A DNA stretch of 60,248 nt from Candidatus Magasanikiibacteriota bacterium (GTDB lineage Bacteria > Patescibacteriota > Patescibacteriia > Magasanikbacterales > GWA2-37-8). The notes beneath the pieces were generated by a model that saw nothing but the letters and a program-made list of their open reading frames with translations, did no database searches and was not told the origin of the DNA. The stretch is taken from the NCBI GenBank assembly GCA_016189025.1, contig JACPGS010000012.1:1-60248 (forward strand), given 5' to 3'. Made by a program: the position numbers and the translations under genes. Positions 58,641 to 60,248 of this stretch are shown here, in pieces (position 1 is the stretch's first letter; every line of letters begins with the position of its first letter).

Positions 58641-60020
58641 TCATTCTATCTTCCACTGCTGTTTCAATCCTTTCCAGCGATTATTTAAAATCGCCTCCCG
58701 CGCCTCGCGCATCAGCGCCAGCGCCAGGTGGAGATTGTGAATAGTGGTAAGGCGCGCGGCCGTGGGTTCGCCGGCGGCGAACAGATGGTGCAGGTAGCTG
58801 CGGGAATAGCGCGCGCAGACATGGCAGGGGCAGTGTTCGTCAATCGGTCGGGTATCGCCGGCACAGCCGGCATTTTTGAGGTTTAGCCGTTCCTCGCCGG
58901 CCGGATTGGGCAGCTGATAAGCCGAGCCGTGCCGCCCCAGCCGCGTGGGCCCCACGCAGTCAAACATATCAGCGCCCTGGTCAATAGCAATCAGCAGGTC
59001 GCGGGGAGAAAGGCCGACCCCCATAGCGTAATGAGGTTTATCTTCGGGGATTAACGGATAAATCCAGTCCATAATTTGTTGGGTGGCGGCCATATTATAG
59101 CCGATGGATTCGCCGCCCACGGCAATACCGTCAAAATCCAGCGCGCTGATGAAACGCGCCGACTCCTCGCGTAGTTCGCGGTGCAATCCTCCCTGGATAA
59201 TGCCGAAGAGGTAACGTTGATGTTCCGAGACCTCCCCTCCTCTCCCCTCCCCTCGGCCAGCTCGGGGCAGGCTCTTAAAAGGAGGGGAGACTTTACTCCC
59301 TCCCCTTTTAAGGGGAGGGTAAGGGGAGGGGTCTCGCGGTTGTCGCCGTTGATGTTCGGCGAGTGATCGCCCGGCCCAGCGGTGGGTGCGCTCCATTGCC
59401 TTTCGGACATACTGGTGGTCAGCGGTATCGGGCGTGCATTCATCAAAGGCCATAATAATATCGGCACCGAGCTGATGTTGCCGCTCAATTGCTGATTCAG
59501 GAGTGAAGCGATGAACCGAGCCATCGCGATAACTGCGGAAAGTAACGCCGTCTTCGCCAATTTTAACCAATTGGCCGTGCGATAATGTTGGGCGGTCATT
59601 AGCAGCCTGCTTTGCTGTTTCATTGTTAAATTGTTTCATTGTTTTATTGTTGAGGCGTAGTGTGATTTTAGTGTTGTTATGTTGCGGTGTTGCCGGGCGG
59701 CGATGTTTATGTCGGCCCAAAGAAAATACCTGGAATCCGCCGCTATCGGTTAAAATTGGCTTATTCCAGCCAAGAAATCGGTGTAAACCTCCTTGGCTGG
59801 CTATTAAATCGGCGCCCGGCTGGAGGTGCAGATGGTAGGTATTGGCGAGAACAATTGAGGTGCCGAGCGCATCTAGATCGCTTTGATCCAGCATTTTTAC
59901 GGCGCCGCGCGTCCCCACCGGCATAAAAGCCGGGGTCAACACTGCTCCGTGGGCGGTGCGGATAGCGCCAGCGCGGGCGCGGGAGTTTTTATCGCGATGC
60001 TCAAGGGTGAAGAAAGACAT
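58641..60020 (-). CDS. tgt: tRNA-guanine transglycosylase with two in-frame insertions
   Basis: MSFFTLEH..ARAGAIRTAHGAVLTPAFMPVGTRGAVK.., DSGGFQVFSL, LFGIIQGG, FDCVGPTR, CPCHVC. The start is taken as the internal Met of ORF 58641..60164 (position +/-1, because my hand count of this line disagreed with the track by one base). Confidence 0.9.
   Translation of the reverse strand: MSFFTLEHRDKNSRARAGAIRTAHGAVLTPAFMPVGTRGAVKMLDQSDLDALGTSIVLANTYHLHLQPGADLIASQGGLHRFLGWNKPILTDSGGFQVFSLGRHKHRRPATPQHNNTKITLRLNNKTMKQFNNETAKQAANDRPTLSHGQLVKIGEDGVTFRSYRDGSVHRFTPESAIERQHQLGADIIMAFDECTPDTADHQYVRKAMERTHRWAGRSLAEHQRRQPRDPSPYPPLKRGGSKVSPPFKSLPRAGRGEGRGGEVSEHQRYLFGIIQGGLHRELREESARFISALDFDGIAVGGESIGYNMAATQQIMDWIYPLIPEDKPHYAMGVGLSPRDLLIAIDQGADMFDCVGPTRLGRHGSAYQLPNPAGEERLNLKNAGCAGDTRPIDEHCPCHVCARYSRSYLHHLFAAGEPTAARLTTIHNLHLALALMREAREAILNNRWKGLKQQWKIE
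59226..59346. mobile_element. Palindromic element inserted in-frame in tgt, flanked by an 11-bp direct repeat
   Basis: cgttgatgttc is present at 59215-59225 and 59347-59357, 132 bp apart (44 codons). Element ends gagacctcccc.. / ..ggggaggggtctc are inverted, and an internal palindrome ccctcccctt-ttaa-ggggaggg is present. Confidence 0.7.
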
Positions 60021-60029
60021 AACTGAAGT

Positions 60030-60149
60030 AGGACTTACGCGTTTGGATGCAATGCAAGGAAAAAGCGAGGAGCGGAATAAGCTGTATACAGATATACAGC
60101 GTTGAGCACCGAAGCTTTTGACACCGCAGTGCGCCAAACGCGTAAGTCC
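60030..60149. repeat. Inverted-repeat element in the tgt upstream region
   Basis: ggacttacgcgtttgg (60030-60045) and ccaaacgcgtaagtcc (60134-60149) are a perfect 16-bp inverted repeat. They enclose the hairpin gctgtata-caga-tatacagc. Confidence 0.55.
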
Positions 60150-60248
60150 TGTGAAGGTCAGCATACTGAATGGGGAGCAACTTGAATAGTCAAGTTTTCA
60201 ATGCACCACCTCGTTAATAACTTCGTTAGGACTTTTGTAGTTTAAACA

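Noticed and set aside
60021-60164. 48-residue N-terminal extension of tgt
   Set aside because: It reads through an inverted-repeat element, and canonical Tgt homology starts at MSFFTLEH. My hand count of this line also disagreed with the ORF-track frame by one base, so positions here are +/-1.

Overview
GC-rich bacterial chromosome segment that looks like a Candidate Phyla Radiation (Patescibacteria) genome. That assignment is inference from gene content, not a database result. Layout from left to right follows. (1) Two tRNA-Leu-related loci and a type IV pilin-like gene set (642-3614). (2) galU, a four-helix-bundle (23S IVS-protein family) gene nested between inverted repeats, and an ABC solute-binding protein. 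(3) Ten paralogous VirB2/TrbC-like small membrane proteins (6433-14178), several fused to cysteine-rich modules. A GT2 glycosyltransferase, tRNA-His and tRNA-Arg interrupt this array. (4) rpsO, an NYN-domain gene, pnp and tRNA-Leu(TAG). (5) A 23S-5S rRNA unit with no 16S gene in the 18 kb upstream. The 23S gene carries four group I introns, three of which encode LAGLIDADG endonucleases. (6) A sugar-phosphate and UDP-GlcNAc cluster: IMPase-family, Nudix, glpX, class I aldolase, gap, TrmB regulator, HADs, GlmU-like, glmS and yvcK. Two compositionally odd orphan genes sit inside it. (7) GNAT, ruvA, ogt and gatB. (8) A minus-strand thymidylate operon (dCMP deaminase, P-loop kinase, dut, thyA, folA, tmk) that contains an orphan 1504-aa protein. 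(9) rplA and ribH. (10) A gene-free stretch of about 570 bp holding a promoter-plus-terminator-bounded structured RNA candidate. (11) An AT-rich islet with a Fic gene and a small membrane-protein gene bounded by about 80-bp inverted repeats. (12) trpS, a RelE-type toxin-antitoxin pair, and a tgt gene carrying two in-frame insertions. The window also holds at least five families of palindromic or MITE-like repeats, some of which supply stop codons or sit in-frame inside genes. All coordinates were derived by hand from the sequence and the ORF track. RNA ends, intron junctions and repeat ends are approximate to within a few nt.
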